From NCBI GenBank assembly GCA_947594935.1, contig CANQEM010000001.1, positions 52,802 to 116,801 on the forward strand: a stretch of DNA of 64,000 nucleotides, in the 5' to 3' direction. The position numbers were made by a program, and so were the translations under genes. Position 1 is the stretch's first letter. Each line of letters begins with the position of its first letter. The notes beneath the pieces were generated by a model. It was not told the DNA's origin and did no database searches. It saw only the letters and a list, made by a program, of their open reading frames with translations. Source of the DNA: an uncultured Clostridia bacterium (lineage in GTDB: Bacteria > Bacillota > Clostridia > TANB77 > CAG-508). Positions 38,418 to 50,276 of this stretch are shown in pieces.

Positions 38418-38681
38418 TTAAACTCTTGATTCTACAATCAATTTAATTCCTGTTCTATCTTCTCCTTCAATTTCTACTTCCGCAAAAGCCGGAATACAAA
38501 CTAAGTCTACACCTGATGGAGCTACAAAACCACGAGCTATGGCTACTGCCTTGATGGCTTGATTTATTGCTCCTGCACCAATTGCTTGCATTTCTGCCTT
38601 ATCTGATTCTTTTACTAACCCTGCAATAGCTCCTGCTACTGAATTAGGGTTTGATTTTGATGAAATCTTTAAAATTTCCAT
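38418..38681 (-). CDS. spoVS: Stage V sporulation protein S
   Basis: 87 aa, near-identical in pattern to SpoVS (SPNSVAGAIAGL...IGAGAINQAIKAVAIARGFVAPSGVDLVCIPAF); AGGAGG RBS. Confidence 0.95.
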   Translation of the reverse strand: MEILKISSKSNPNSVAGAIAGLVKESDKAEMQAIGAGAINQAIKAVAIARGFVAPSGVDLVCIPAFAEVEIEGEDRTGIKLIVESRV

Positions 38682-38837
38682 TTTGTTTTTCCTCCTACTA
38701 ATTTAAATTTTGTTGCAACTTTTATGATTGAATTTTACAATATCTGGAAATTTTTGTAAATAGATTTATGGAAATTTTTTAAAGTTTTCATCGCAATTTT
38801 TATAGTATTTCGAGCATTTTCGACACTTCGGTTTTAT

Positions 38838-39608
38838 CTATTTTTTTATTCTTAAAATTTGTTTTGCTTTATTTGTTTCATCATCAATATCAATTATAAT
38901 TCCATTTAGCATTCCTTCCCCTTGTGCTGTGCGGTATCTCTCTGGTATTGTTGTTTCAAATCTTCTTAAAGATGTATATATATCCATTCCAATGACAGAT
39001 TTTTTTGGTCCTGTCATACCTATATCAGTTATATATGCTGTGCCTTTTGGTAGTATCTGCTCATCTGCTGTTTGAACATGTGTATGTGTTCCAAAAACCG
39101 CTGTTACTTTTCCGTCTACAAAATACCCCATTGCTATTTTTTCAGCTGTTGCTTCTGCGTGAAAATCAATAATTATTATATCTGCTTGTTTTTGCAATTT
39201 TCCAGCTAGTTCTTTGGCTTTTGTAAATGGGTTGTTAGATAATATCTGCATATCTACTCTACCAATTAAATTGATGACTGCAATTTTCTTGCCATTTTTT
39301 TCTACTATTCTATATCCTCTGCCTATCATCCCTTCTGTACAGTTTGCAGGTCTAATAATTTGAGGATTGTTTAGGATTTTAAATATATCTCTCCTTGACC
39401 AAGTATGGTTACCCATTGTAACTATATCAGCACCAGCTTTTAAGATGTTGTTAAAATTGTTTTGAGTAATTCCCATTCCTTCTGCCGCATTTTCTCCATT
39501 TACAATGGTAAAGTCAATATTATACTCTTCTTTTATAGCTGGTAAATATCTTTTTAAAGTATTAACTCCATTATTCCCTACTATATCTCCAACTGCTAAA
39601 ATTTTCAT
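38838..39608 (-). CDS. ymdB: YmdB-family metallophosphoesterase (2',3'-cyclic-nucleotide 2'-phosphodiesterase)
   Basis: MKILAVGDIVGNNG...VNGENAAEGMGIT and GNH motifs of the TIGR00282/YmdB family. It is adjacent to spoVS, as it is in Bacillus. Confidence 0.85.
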   Translation of the reverse strand: MKILAVGDIVGNNGVNTLKRYLPAIKEEYNIDFTIVNGENAAEGMGITQNNFNNILKAGADIVTMGNHTWSRRDIFKILNNPQIIRPANCTEGMIGRGYRIVEKNGKKIAVINLIGRVDMQILSNNPFTKAKELAGKLQKQADIIIIDFHAEATAEKIAMGYFVDGKVTAVFGTHTHVQTADEQILPKGTAYITDIGMTGPKKSVIGMDIYTSLRRFETTIPERYRTAQGEGMLNGIIIDIDDETNKAKQILRIKK

Positions 39609-39628
39609 ACTCTTCTCCGCCTTCTATT

Positions 39629-42600
39629 TTAAATTTTTGTCATATCAACTGGAACTAAGTCTTCTTCTTTAATATCGTTTTTGATTGCATCATATAGAGC
39701 TTTGACTGTATCCAAAGAAGTAAAACATGGTACTTTGCACTCTACTGCAAGTCTCCTTATTTTAAAGCCATCTCTGTTTGATTGTTTTCCCTTTGTTGGT
39801 GTGTTGATTATAAAGCTTAGTTTACCAGATTGAATTAAATCTATTATGCTGTTTGTTCCTTCCCAAATTTTTGGAACTGATTTTACTTCTACTCCATTTT
39901 CTTTTAAATAATTTGCAGTTCCAGAAGTCGCATAGATGTCATATCCTATATCTTTTAGTTCTTTTGCTAGTGGTAAAGTTTCTGCCTTGTCTTTATCTCT
40001 AACCGTTATTAAAATTTTTCCTTTTTGAGTTAGATTTACTCCACTTCCAATAAATGCTTTATATACTGCTTCTGAAAAGACTTTTGAAATTCCAAGAACT
40101 TCTCCTGTTGACTTCATTTCAGGACCTAAGCTTGTATCTGCATTTTTGATTTTTTCAAAAGAGAAAATTGGCATTTTAACTGCAACATATTCACTCTGTT
40201 TATATACTCCTATGCCATAAGGCAAATCCTTTAATTTCTTTCCTAGAATTACTTGTGTTGCAATATCTATTACTGGTAAACCTGTTACTTTACTAATATA
40301 TGGAACTGTTCTGCTTGACCTTGGGTTTACTTCTATAATATAAACTTCATCATGGCAAAGTATAAATTGGATATTTAGTACACCGATTATATTTAATTCT
40401 TTTGCTATTTTTTCAGTATATTGAATAATTTTTTGTTGATGTCTTTCTTCAATTGTTTGTGTTGGATATATTGACATACTATCACCTGAGTGAATACCAG
40501 CGCGTTCTAAGTGTTCCATTATTCCTGGTATCAAAACATCTTCTCCATCACAAATTGCATCAACTTCAAGCTCTTTTCCCATCATGTATTTATCAACTAG
40601 AATAGGGTGTTCTTGTGCTATCTTGTTTATTTCAGCGATAAATTCTTCAATTTCAGCATCATCATAAGCAATTGCCATACCTTGACCACCTAAAACATAA
40701 GAAGGTCTAACAAGTACAGGGTATCCTAAGCGGTTTGCTACCTCTTTTGCTTCTTCTACTGTGAAAACAGTATCTCCCTTTGGTCTAAGAATATTGCATT
40801 TTTCCAAGGCTTCATCAAATTTTTCTCTATCTTCTGCTCTGTCCATGTTTTCTTCTGATGTTCCTAGAATTCTTACGCCCATTTCTGTTAAAGCTTTTGT
40901 AAGCTTAATTGCTGTTTGCCCACCAAACTGTACTATTGCTCCATAAGGTTGTTCTACATCAATTATATTTTCAACATCTTCTCTTGTTAGTGGTTCAAAG
41001 TATAGCTTGTCAGCAATGTCAAAATCTGTGCTGACTGTTTCTGGGTTGTTGTTTATAATAATTGTTTCATAACCTAATTCTTTTAAGCTAATTACACTGT
41101 GAACACTACAATAGTCAAATTCAATTCCTTGCCCAATACGAATTGGACCTGAACCTAGTACAACTATTTTTTTATTGTTTTCTGATTTTATACTTTCATT
41201 TTCATCATCATAACTTGAATAATAGTATGGTGTTTGTGCTTCAAATTCTGCTGCACAAGTATCAACTAGTTTAAAGTTAGCTATTATACCATTTTCTTTT
41301 CTCATCTTTTTGATTTCTTCTTCTGGTCTTTGGCTTAATCTGCTTATAACATTATCTGTAAATCCCATTTTCTTAGCTTTTTTAAGAATTTCTGGTGTTA
41401 ATTTATCTGTTTTAAGAACTTCTTCCATTCTAACAATTCTGTCTATTTTATTTATAAAGAATTTGTCTATTTTCGTTATATTATAGATTTCATTTAAAGT
41501 TATTCCTCTTCTTAAAGCTTCTGCAATTACCCAAATTCTTTCATTATCAACATGATGTAAGCTATCCATTATTTTTTCTGTTGAATATTCTTTTATTTTT
41601 GGCATTTCCATTGAATCTAAGTTTTCTTCCAAAGAACGTATCGCTTTTAATAAAGCTGCCTCAATGTTTGGAGCTATTGCCATTACTTCTCCGGTTGCTT
41701 TCATTTGTGTGCCTAGTTCTCTACTTGCTGTTAAGAATTTATTAAATGGCCATTTTGGAATTTTTACAATTACATAATCTAGCACTGGTTCAAAACAAGC
41801 ATAAGTTTTTTTAGTAACTTCATTTTTAATCTCATCTAAGGCATAGCCAATTGCAATTTTTGTAGAAACCTTTGCTATTGGGTAACCTGTTGCTTTTGAA
41901 GCTAGAGCTGATGACCTACTAACTCTTGGGTTTACTTCGATTACTGCATATTCAAAGCTATTTGGATTTAGAGCAAATTGTACATTACATCCACCTTCAA
42001 TTTTTAGTGCAGATATTATTTTTATTGCAGATGTTCTTAACATTTGATATTCTTTATCTGCCAATGTTTGTGAAGGTGCTACAACAATACTATCCCCTGT
42101 GTGAACTCCAACAGGGTCAACATTTTCCATATTACATATTGTAATACAATTGCCTTTTCTATCTCTCATTACTTCATATTCAATTTCTTTCCAACCTGAA
42201 ATACATTTCTCTATTAAAACTTGATGAACTCTTGATAACCTTAGTCCACTTTCTGAAATTTCTCTTAATTCTTCTTCTGTATTAGCAATTCCGCCACCTG
42301 TACCACCTAAGGTATATGCTGGTCTAACTATTACTGGTAAACCTATTTGTTTTGCAAATTCAACTGCATCATCTTCATTTTCTACTACTTTACTTGCAAT
42401 ACATGGTTCATTTATACTTTCCATCATGTCTTTGAAAGCTTGCCTATCTTCTGCATTTCTTATTCCCTCTGGTGATGTTCCTAATAAACGTACATTTTGT
42501 TCTTCCAAAAAGCCTGATTCAAACAATTCCATAGCAATGTTTAAACCTGTTTGCCCACCTAAGTTTGGTAATATACTGTCTGGTTTTTCAATTTGAATAA

Positions 42601-42829
42601 TTTTTTGTACAGTTTTAACAGTAATTGGCTCTATATAAATTTTATCTGCCATGTGTTTGTCTGTCATAATTGTTGCTGGGTTTGAATTAACTAAAACAAC
42701 TTCTATTCCTTCTTTTTTTAGTTCTTCACATGCTTGTGTTCCTGCATAGTCAAATTCTGCTGCTTGCCCTATTATGATTGGTCCTGATCCTATAACTAAT
42801 ACTTTTTTTATTTCTTTATTTCTAGGCAT
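39629..42829 (-). CDS. carB: Carbamoyl-phosphate synthase large subunit
   Basis: 1066 aa with duplicated ATP-grasp halves and an MGS-like C-terminal domain. Confidence 0.97.
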   Translation of the reverse strand: MPRNKEIKKVLVIGSGPIIIGQAAEFDYAGTQACEELKKEGIEVVLVNSNPATIMTDKHMADKIYIEPITVKTVQKIIQIEKPDSILPNLGGQTGLNIAMELFESGFLEEQNVRLLGTSPEGIRNAEDRQAFKDMMESINEPCIASKVVENEDDAVEFAKQIGLPVIVRPAYTLGGTGGGIANTEEELREISESGLRLSRVHQVLIEKCISGWKEIEYEVMRDRKGNCITICNMENVDPVGVHTGDSIVVAPSQTLADKEYQMLRTSAIKIISALKIEGGCNVQFALNPNSFEYAVIEVNPRVSRSSALASKATGYPIAKVSTKIAIGYALDEIKNEVTKKTYACFEPVLDYVIVKIPKWPFNKFLTASRELGTQMKATGEVMAIAPNIEAALLKAIRSLEENLDSMEMPKIKEYSTEKIMDSLHHVDNERIWVIAEALRRGITLNEIYNITKIDKFFINKIDRIVRMEEVLKTDKLTPEILKKAKKMGFTDNVISRLSQRPEEEIKKMRKENGIIANFKLVDTCAAEFEAQTPYYYSSYDDENESIKSENNKKIVVLGSGPIRIGQGIEFDYCSVHSVISLKELGYETIIINNNPETVSTDFDIADKLYFEPLTREDVENIIDVEQPYGAIVQFGGQTAIKLTKALTEMGVRILGTSEENMDRAEDREKFDEALEKCNILRPKGDTVFTVEEAKEVANRLGYPVLVRPSYVLGGQGMAIAYDDAEIEEFIAEINKIAQEHPILVDKYMMGKELEVDAICDGEDVLIPGIMEHLERAGIHSGDSMSIYPTQTIEERHQQKIIQYTEKIAKELNIIGVLNIQFILCHDEVYIIEVNPRSSRTVPYISKVTGLPVIDIATQVILGKKLKDLPYGIGVYKQSEYVAVKMPIFSFEKIKNADTSLGPEMKSTGEVLGISKVFSEAVYKAFIGSGVNLTQKGKILITVRDKDKAETLPLAKELKDIGYDIYATSGTANYLKENGVEVKSVPKIWEGTNSIIDLIQSGKLSFIINTPTKGKQSNRDGFKIRRLAVECKVPCFTSLDTVKALYDAIKNDIKEEDLVPVDMTKI

Positions 42830-42846
42830 TTCTTTATTCCTTCCTT

Positions 42847-43908
42847 TTATTTTAATTTTTTCAAAAACTCATCAAAAAGATATTCCGTATCTCTCGGTCC
42901 GGGACATGCTTCTGGGTGAAATTGTACTGTATATATTTCTTTATTTTTATACTTCAAACCTTCAACAGTATTGTCATTTAAATTGATGTGTGATACTTCT
43001 GCTATTTCTGGGTCTATGGTTTTATCGTCTATTGCATAACCATGATTTTGTGAAGTAATATATACTCTATCTTTTTTTACATCTTTTACTGGGTGATTTG
43101 GACCACGATGGCCATATCTTAGTTTATATGTTTTAGCACCTGTTGCCAAGCCCATTAGTTGATGTCCTAAGCAAATTCCGAAAATTGGAATATCTGTGTT
43201 ATATAATTTTTTAATATTTTCAATTGCTACTTTGCAATCTTCTGGGTTTCCAGGACCGTTAGAAAGAACAATTCCTTGTAAGTTATATGATAAAATTGTT
43301 TCAGCTGGTGTGTCCTGTGGGAATATAGTTATCTTGCAGTTTCTTTTTAATAAAGATGCAATGATATTTTGTTTTGAACCAAAATCAAATAGTCCAATGG
43401 AAATATCTCCATCGCCTACTTGTGTTATTTCAGATGATGATACACGCTCTACTAAGTTGCTATTTTCAAAAGACTTAATTTTTTCTAATATACTATCAAT
43501 ATTTGTTATGTCGTCTGTCAACATGCCTTTCATTGTTCCGTTTTTTCTTAATACTTTTGTTAATTTTCTTGTGTTTACATTTTGCAAACCAGGAATTTGA
43601 TTGTATTTTAAGAATTTCTCTACATGTAATTTTGAACGGAAGTTGCTTTCTATTTCTGCTAATTCATGTACAAACACTGCTTCTACCCATGGTTTTCTAG
43701 ATTCTTTATCTTCAAGTGTCAAGCCATAGTTACCAATTAGTGGATATGTCATTACAATTCCTTGTCCTGCATAAGATGGATCTGTAAAGATTTCTAAATA
43801 TCCTGTCATTGATGTATTAAAAACTACTTCACAGATAATGTCTTTGTGATAACCAATACGATCTCCATCAAAGACTTGTCCATTTTCTAATACTAAATAT
43901 CCTTTCAT
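42847..43908 (-). CDS. carA: Carbamoyl-phosphate synthase small subunit
   Basis: GATase with GICLGHQL and the HGYAID/FHPEA region. The start is placed at 43908 after AAAGGAAG; the ORF track starts 21 nt earlier. Confidence 0.95.
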   Translation of the reverse strand: MKGYLVLENGQVFDGDRIGYHKDIICEVVFNTSMTGYLEIFTDPSYAGQGIVMTYPLIGNYGLTLEDKESRKPWVEAVFVHELAEIESNFRSKLHVEKFLKYNQIPGLQNVNTRKLTKVLRKNGTMKGMLTDDITNIDSILEKIKSFENSNLVERVSSSEITQVGDGDISIGLFDFGSKQNIIASLLKRNCKITIFPQDTPAETILSYNLQGIVLSNGPGNPEDCKVAIENIKKLYNTDIPIFGICLGHQLMGLATGAKTYKLRYGHRGPNHPVKDVKKDRVYITSQNHGYAIDDKTIDPEIAEVSHINLNDNTVEGLKYKNKEIYTVQFHPEACPGPRDTEYLFDEFLKKLK

Positions 43909-43961
43909 TTTTTTCTTCCTTTCTCGCATATTTTTCCGTTTATCAGTATAACATACTTTTT

Positions 43962-44000
43962 AAAAAAAGAGAATATTTTTTTGAAAATATTCTCTTTTTT
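43962..44000. terminator. Palindromic terminator after rny (symmetrical, potentially bidirectional)
   Basis: AAAAAGAGAATATTTT / AAAATATTCTCTTTTT stem flanked by A- and T-runs. Confidence 0.7.
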
Positions 44001-44002
44001 TC

Positions 44003-45544
44003 TTATTTGGCATAATCAACTACTCTTGTTTCTCTTATAACATTGACTTTAATCTGTCCTGGATATTCCATTTCGCTTTCAACACGTTTTGCAACATCCT
44101 GTGCCAATATTGTCATTTGATCATCTGAAATTTTATCTGGTTTTACGATAATTCTTACTTCACGACCTGCTTGGATAGCAAATGATTTTTCAACTCCATC
44201 AAAAGAATCTGCAATTGCTTCCAAATCTTGTAGTCTTTTAATATATGCTTCTAATGTTTCTCTTCTTGCTCCTGGTCTTGATGCTGAAATAGCATCTGCT
44301 GCTTGAATTAAAACTGCCTCTAATGTTTGAGGTTCAACATCTTCATGGTGTGCTTCAACTGCATTTATTACTAATGGGTTTTCTTTGTATTTTTTCAAAA
44401 CTTCAACACCAAGTTCGATATGTGTTCCTTCCATATCATGGTCTAATGCTTTTCCAATATCATGTAATAAACCTGCACGTCTTGCAAGTTTTGCATCTAA
44501 TCCAAGTTCTTCTGCCATAATTCTAGCTAGGTTTGAAACTTCGATTGAATGGTTTAAAACATTTTGTCCATAACTTGTCCTGTATTTTAGTTTTCCAATT
44601 AGTTTTATAAGGTCTGGATGTAAGCCAATTACACCTGTTTCTAATGCTGCTCTTTCGCCTTCTTCTTTTATTGTGTCTGCTAATTCTTGTTTAGCTTTTT
44701 CAACTGTTTCTTCGATTTTTGCTGGATGAATTCTTCCATCTTCAATCAATTTTTCAAGTGTTATTTTTGCAACTTCTCTCCTCAATGGGTCAAAACCTGA
44801 TAATACCACTGCTTCAGGTGTATCATCAATAATCAAATCGATTCCAGTTAAAGTTTCTATTGTTTTTATGTTTCTACCTTCTCTACCAATAATTCTACCT
44901 TTCATATCATCACTTGGTAATGGTACAATAGATACTGTTGTTTCTTGTGAGTGATCTGCTGCACATTTTTGTACTGCATAAGTTAATACTTCTTTCGCAT
45001 TTTTCAATGATTCTTCTTTGGCTTTTCTTGCTGCCTCGCGAATCATCTCTGCTTTTTCAGCAGTAATTTCCTTTTCTACTTCTTGTAATAGAACTTCTTT
45101 TGCCTGTTCTTTTGTTAAAGCCGCAATTTGTTGTAATTTGTCTAACTCATCTGAGTACATTTTTTCTACATCTTGCCTTTGTTTTTCAATTTCTTCAAAT
45201 TGTCTGTCTAAATCGCGTTCTTTTTTTTCAAAGTTTTCTGAACGTTTATCAAGATTTTCTTCTCTTTGAATCAATCTTGTTTCTTGTCTTTGTACTTCGC
45301 CTCTTCTTTCTTTAATCTCTTGATCTAATTCTTTTCGGCTTGTCATGATTTCTTCTTTTGCCTTAATAATTTCCTCTTTTTTCAAGTTTTCAGCTTCTAT
45401 TTTAGCCATGTTAACTATTCGTTTTGCTTCTTCCTCTGCATTTCCTAATTTAGATTCTGCAATCTTTTTCCTGTAAATGATCCCTGCAACTGCTCCGACT
45501 GCAAGTGAGATTAAGACAGCGGCTACTATGACAACAATGTTCAT
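44003..45544 (-). CDS. rny: Ribonuclease Y
   Basis: N-terminal TM segment, coiled-coil region, KH domain ([13 protein letters not shown]) and HD domain (HSIEV...LLHDIGK). Confidence 0.95.
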   Translation of the reverse strand: MNIVVIVAAVLISLAVGAVAGIIYRKKIAESKLGNAEEEAKRIVNMAKIEAENLKKEEIIKAKEEIMTSRKELDQEIKERRGEVQRQETRLIQREENLDKRSENFEKKERDLDRQFEEIEKQRQDVEKMYSDELDKLQQIAALTKEQAKEVLLQEVEKEITAEKAEMIREAARKAKEESLKNAKEVLTYAVQKCAADHSQETTVSIVPLPSDDMKGRIIGREGRNIKTIETLTGIDLIIDDTPEAVVLSGFDPLRREVAKITLEKLIEDGRIHPAKIEETVEKAKQELADTIKEEGERAALETGVIGLHPDLIKLIGKLKYRTSYGQNVLNHSIEVSNLARIMAEELGLDAKLARRAGLLHDIGKALDHDMEGTHIELGVEVLKKYKENPLVINAVEAHHEDVEPQTLEAVLIQAADAISASRPGARRETLEAYIKRLQDLEAIADSFDGVEKSFAIQAGREVRIIVKPDKISDDQMTILAQDVAKRVESEMEYPGQIKVNVIRETRVVDYAK

Positions 45545-45669
45545 AAGTATACACCTCTTTCTTATTAAGTTTTCAATGTTCGAATAAAATATATAATAAT
45601 TAAAAAATAATATATTTTTTTCTTACCTATTATATTTTACCTTATATTATTGTAAACTGTCAAGAGGTT

Positions 45670-48084
45670 TTAGGAAATTTCGTCCAATTCTATATCATAT
45701 ACTTCATAATCTTTTTCTATTTGTTTTGTTTCTAAGTTTTCTATAAATAGTGTTGCTTTGAAGTCTTTTGCTGATTTTTCAATAGCCTCTCCAAGTTCTT
45801 TACTTACGCCTATTGACAAATTCTTTATAGGTGTTTTCAAAGACACATTGCTATTTGTTTTTGCTCCTCTTGCTTGACTTATAATTTCAATTATTTGATC
45901 TCCCAATTCTGTTTCTTTATTGAATTCATAGTTTAATGGCACTATTTCTGTTGTATGAATAGAAGGGTTGTTGTGATATAGTTCTTGGAATACTTCTTCT
46001 GTGATATATGGGAAGAAGATACTAAAATCTTGTAATAGTTTGTATAACAACATATATACTGTTTTTTGTCCACTATACCTTGGTTCATCTCCAAATTCTT
46101 CTGGTCTATATAGTCTGTGTTTTACTATTTCTATATAGTTATCGCAGAATTCCCAGAAGAATTTTTCTAATATGTTTAATGCAAGTCCAACTTCGTATTC
46201 ATCTAAATAATCAAGGAATTGTTTTTCCATTTGTTGGAAACGTCCTAAAATCCATTTATCTATGTATTCAAAGTTGTTAAATTCTTTATCTTGGTAATCT
46301 GCTAAGTGCATTTCAATAAATTTAGATACGTTCCATATTTTGTTAATTAGCTTTTTACCACGTAATAGAGTTTCTTCACTAAATACAATGTCTGTTCCAA
46401 GCCTTCCTGTACCTGCCCAGTATCTTATAACATCTGCTGAATATTGTTTTATTAAATCAATTGGCTCGTGTTTGCTATTTCCTTTGCTTTTACTGATTTT
46501 TTCGCCTTTACCAGCCATAACAAAACCAGAAATCATTACATTATCCCATGGTCTTTGTCCGAAATGATAGAAACTTTTTACTATTGTGTAGAAATCCCAT
46601 GTTCTAATTATTTCACTGGCATTTGTTCTTAAACTCATTGGTTTTAAAATGTCCTCAAAGTTTTCTTTTTCACCATACCTCATGTTTATAAGTGGTGTTA
46701 CTGATGAAGTTGCCCAAGTATCCATTATATCAGTATCTGCCACAAATTCTGTGCATCCACATTTTGGGCATTTATCTATTTTTGGAGAATCTACTAATGG
46801 GTTTACTGGTAAATCTTCTTTTTTTGCAAAAATTGGCTCTCCACAATCTTTACAATACCATACTGGGAATGGAACTCCAAAATATCTTTGCCTTGAAATA
46901 CACCAGTCCCAAGCAATGTTATTTACCCACTCATCATATCTTGCGTGCATATAAGCTGGGTGCCATTTGATTTCATTTCCTATTTTTATAAAATCATCTT
47001 TATGGCTCGTTGTGTCAATAAACCATTGCTTCATTACTGAATATTCAACCTCTTTGCCACATCTTTCATGTGTTTGAACTTCGTGTTCTAGTTCTTCAAT
47101 TTTTACTACATAGCCACCTTCTTGCAAATCTTCTATAATCTTTTTTCTAGCTTCTTTTATCTTCAATCCACCATAATTTGGAACTGTGTCTATAATTTTT
47201 CCGTCTGTTGTAAATATGTATTTAAGTGGTAAATTATATTTTTTCCACCATTCAATATCAGTTTGGTCACCAAAAGTACAACACATAACTACTCCTGTAC
47301 CTTTATCTTGTGCGACTTTTTCATCTGCCATAATTGGCACTTCTACATCTATTACTGGAATATGAGCTGTTTTTCCTATTAAATGTTTTCTTTTTTCGTC
47401 CTCAGGGTTTACAAACACACAAACAATAGCTGGCAAAAGTTCTGGTCTTGTTGTTGCTATTGTAAATTCTTCGCCATCTTCTACTGTTTTAAAGTTTATG
47501 TAATTAAATGTTGTTTTTATAGTTTTTGTTTCTAATTCGGCTTGTGCTATTGATGTTAAGCACTCATTGCACCAAAGTGCTGGGCTTTCTTTATGATAGC
47601 AATGACCTTTTTCTACTAAATCTAAAAATGATGTTTGACTTATTTTTATAGTAGATGGTGCTACTGTTTTATAGTGAATATTCCAATCTGTGCTTACCCC
47701 CATTTTGCTAAACAAGTCTTGGAATTCAGCTTCATATTTATCTGTTGTTTCATAACATAATTTTGAAAAAGCTTCTCTTCCAATTTCATGTGCTCTTTTG
47801 CCTTGTTCTTTTTCTACTAATCTTTCACTTGGTAAACCATTATCATCAAAGCCAAATGGATAGAAAATATTGTATCCCCTTAGCCTTTTATATCTTGCTA
47901 ACATTTCTGTTTGAGTATATGAAAAAATATGACCAATATGAATTTTACCATTTACTGTTGGTGGTGGAGTATCTATTGAGTATATTTCTTTTCCATTTCT
48001 CTTGAATTCGTAAATTTTGTTTTCTTTCCAATAATCAAGCCATTTCTTTTCCTTTTCTTCTGCATTGTATTTTTTATCTAACAT
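45670..48084 (-). CDS. valS: Class I aminoacyl-tRNA synthetase, valyl-tRNA synthetase-like (short form without C-terminal coiled coil)
   Basis: HIGH region PPPTVNGKIHIGHIFSY follows the ValRS pattern, with KISKSKGN as the KMSKS motif. The start is placed at the ATG at 48084, 8 nt after AAAGGAG; the ORF track starts at 48105. Confidence 0.7.
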   Translation of the reverse strand: MLDKKYNAEEKEKKWLDYWKENKIYEFKRNGKEIYSIDTPPPTVNGKIHIGHIFSYTQTEMLARYKRLRGYNIFYPFGFDDNGLPSERLVEKEQGKRAHEIGREAFSKLCYETTDKYEAEFQDLFSKMGVSTDWNIHYKTVAPSTIKISQTSFLDLVEKGHCYHKESPALWCNECLTSIAQAELETKTIKTTFNYINFKTVEDGEEFTIATTRPELLPAIVCVFVNPEDEKRKHLIGKTAHIPVIDVEVPIMADEKVAQDKGTGVVMCCTFGDQTDIEWWKKYNLPLKYIFTTDGKIIDTVPNYGGLKIKEARKKIIEDLQEGGYVVKIEELEHEVQTHERCGKEVEYSVMKQWFIDTTSHKDDFIKIGNEIKWHPAYMHARYDEWVNNIAWDWCISRQRYFGVPFPVWYCKDCGEPIFAKKEDLPVNPLVDSPKIDKCPKCGCTEFVADTDIMDTWATSSVTPLINMRYGEKENFEDILKPMSLRTNASEIIRTWDFYTIVKSFYHFGQRPWDNVMISGFVMAGKGEKISKSKGNSKHEPIDLIKQYSADVIRYWAGTGRLGTDIVFSEETLLRGKKLINKIWNVSKFIEMHLADYQDKEFNNFEYIDKWILGRFQQMEKQFLDYLDEYEVGLALNILEKFFWEFCDNYIEIVKHRLYRPEEFGDEPRYSGQKTVYMLLYKLLQDFSIFFPYITEEVFQELYHNNPSIHTTEIVPLNYEFNKETELGDQIIEIISQARGAKTNSNVSLKTPIKNLSIGVSKELGEAIEKSAKDFKATLFIENLETKQIEKDYEVYDIELDEIS

Positions 48085-48105
48085 TTCAATGCTCCTTTCC
48101 TGCAT

Positions 48106-49251
48106 TTAATCTCCTAAATTTATTCCTACACTTCTTGCAGTTTTTACTAAATCATGGTCTAATGATACTCTTCTAAGATTGCTTTCTGCTGTGTTACCTG
48201 ATACTGCACCTATTTTTGTGTTGTTTCCTACAACATCTTCTAAGCTGACATCATCAAGTTTTCCGTTTTTTATTACTGTTAATCTACCAAATTTGCCTTC
48301 TAATGCTAACTGCATTGCTTTTGTTCCATATTTTGTAGAAAGCACTCTGTCATAAGCTGTTGGCGTGCCACCTCTTTGCATATATCCCAAAGTTGTATTT
48401 CTTGCTTCTAAACCTGTGATTTCTTCAAGCTGTTTTGCAACTACTTGACCAATTCCACCTAGTTTTGTGTTATCTACACCTTGTCCATTATCTCTTGTTC
48501 CTTGAATTGTCATTTCTCCGCCTTTTGGTTTTGCACCTTCTGAAACAACTACTATGCTGAAATTTTTACCTCTTGATTGTCTGTTTCTTATTTTTGATGC
48601 AACACTTTCTAAGTCATAAGGTATTTCTGGAATTAAAGCTACATCTGCACCCCCTGCAATTGCTGATTCTAATGCTATCCATCCAGCATATCTTCCCATA
48701 ACTTCTAAAACCATTATACGGTGATGTGTTTCCCCTGTTGTATGTAGTCTATCAATTGCTTCCATCGCAACAGATACAGCTGTGTTATACCCAAAAGTTA
48801 TATCTGTACATGCGACATCATTATCAATTGTTTTTGGTACACCTATTACATTAACTCCTTTTGTTGAGAAGTCTCTTGCTGATTTTTGAGTTCCATCTCC
48901 GCCTAATGTGAAAATGCAGTCAAAGCCATCATTTTTGATATTTTGAATACAAACATCTGATAAGTCTTTATATTCTACTTCTCCATTTTCTTTTTCTACT
49001 TTATAATTAAATACATTTGCGTTTGTTGATGAACCTATAATTGAACCACCTTTTGGCAATATTCCTTCTGCATTTCCATCTTCTGCTGTACTTAATTTTA
49101 CATATTCATTTTTTAATAGTCCATTATATCCGTCTATAAAGCCATAAGCTTCTACTCCACTATTTTCAGCTGTTTTAACAATTCCTCTAATTACTGCATT
49201 AAACCCTGCTACATCTCCACCATTTGCTAATATTGCTACTTTTTTTAACAT
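48106..49251 (-). CDS. pfkA: Phosphofructokinase family protein (ATP- or PPi-dependent 6-phosphofructokinase)
   Basis: GGDVAGFNAVIRG and GGDGT motifs. At 381 aa it is longer than the minimal ATP-PFK. Confidence 0.8.
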   Translation of the reverse strand: MLKKVAILANGGDVAGFNAVIRGIVKTAENSGVEAYGFIDGYNGLLKNEYVKLSTAEDGNAEGILPKGGSIIGSSTNANVFNYKVEKENGEVEYKDLSDVCIQNIKNDGFDCIFTLGGDGTQKSARDFSTKGVNVIGVPKTIDNDVACTDITFGYNTAVSVAMEAIDRLHTTGETHHRIMVLEVMGRYAGWIALESAIAGGADVALIPEIPYDLESVASKIRNRQSRGKNFSIVVVSEGAKPKGGEMTIQGTRDNGQGVDNTKLGGIGQVVAKQLEEITGLEARNTTLGYMQRGGTPTAYDRVLSTKYGTKAMQLALEGKFGRLTVIKNGKLDDVSLEDVVGNNTKIGAVSGNTAESNLRRVSLDHDLVKTARSVGINLGD

Positions 49252-49399
49252 TATAACTCCTCCTTAGTTTTTTCTTTCTCTAATATTATACCAATTTTTT
49301 TCAAAATTACAATATTTTAGGGCATTTTTATTTGATTTTTTCTTAAAATCATTATACAATATTAAAGATTAAAATATATTTGAAAAGGTTTTTGAAATT

Positions 49400-50263
49400 A
49401 TGAAAATTGAAAAAGTTGTTACTAATACAGTCTGTATTCATAGCTTATTACAGCAAGAATTCAATATTTCTAACAAGTTACTTTCTTTTTTAATAAAAAA
49501 TAAATTGATACTATGTAATGATGTTGTTTGTGATACACGCAATATTGCAAAAGCGGGTGATGTTATAACTATTTTGATGGACTATGCAGAAGATAATTCA
49601 AATATAGTTCCATCAAAAATGGATTTAGAAATTTTATTTGAAGATGAGTGGCTTTTAGTTTTAAACAAGCCAAGCGGAATTGCTATACATCCGTCAATTT
49701 TGCATTATGATAATTCACTTTCAAATGGCGTTCGTTATTATTTTGATAAAATTGGACTTCATAAAAAAATCAGACCTGTTAATAGACTAGATTTCTATAC
49801 TTCTGGAATAGTTGTTTTTGCAAAATGTGCATATATTCATGAACAATTATCGAATCAAATGCAGGAAAATTCTTTTTCAAAGCAATATCTTGCTCTTGTA
49901 CATGGCTCTTTCGATTCATCAACTGGTGTAATTGATGTTCCAATAGCAAGAAAATCTGATAGTATAATTGAAAGATGTGTTGATTTTGAAAATGGTCAAA
50001 ATGCTTGTACAGAATTTGAAATTTTAAAATATTTCGAAAATTCTGATACTAGTTTAGTAAATTGCAAGTTGCTCACAGGCAGAACTCATCAAATTAGAGT
50101 GCATTTTTCGTATATTGGTCATCCACTAGTTGGAGATAGCTTATATGGTTCTGATGTTTCAGATGACGGTCAATTTTTGCATTGTTCTTCTTTGGTTTTT
50201 GAACATCCCATTACTAGGAAGAAATTAAATTTTAAAAATATACCAAAATGGGCGGAAGTATAA
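49400..50263 (+). CDS. RluA-family pseudouridine synthase
   Basis: Catalytic-Asp motif RLDFYTSGIVVFAK; the HQIRVH region. Confidence 0.85.
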   Translation: MKIEKVVTNTVCIHSLLQQEFNISNKLLSFLIKNKLILCNDVVCDTRNIAKAGDVITILMDYAEDNSNIVPSKMDLEILFEDEWLLVLNKPSGIAIHPSILHYDNSLSNGVRYYFDKIGLHKKIRPVNRLDFYTSGIVVFAKCAYIHEQLSNQMQENSFSKQYLALVHGSFDSSTGVIDVPIARKSDSIIERCVDFENGQNACTEFEILKYFENSDTSLVNCKLLTGRTHQIRVHFSYIGHPLVGDSLYGSDVSDDGQFLHCSSLVFEHPITRKKLNFKNIPKWAEV

Positions 50264-50276
50264 TTCCACCCATTTA
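50246..50276. terminator. Bidirectional terminator overlapping the rluA-family stop codon and abutting the DUF4116 gene stop
   Basis: AAATGGGCGG-loop-CCACCCATTT (1 mismatch). The rluA stop codon lies in the loop. Confidence 0.55.

Noticed and set aside
45545-49399. T-box or riboswitch leaders upstream of valS and pfkA; also checked upstream of hisS (26658-26670) and guaA
   Set aside because: The intergenic spaces are 13-150 nt and AT-rich, with no specifier or antiterminator-like structure.
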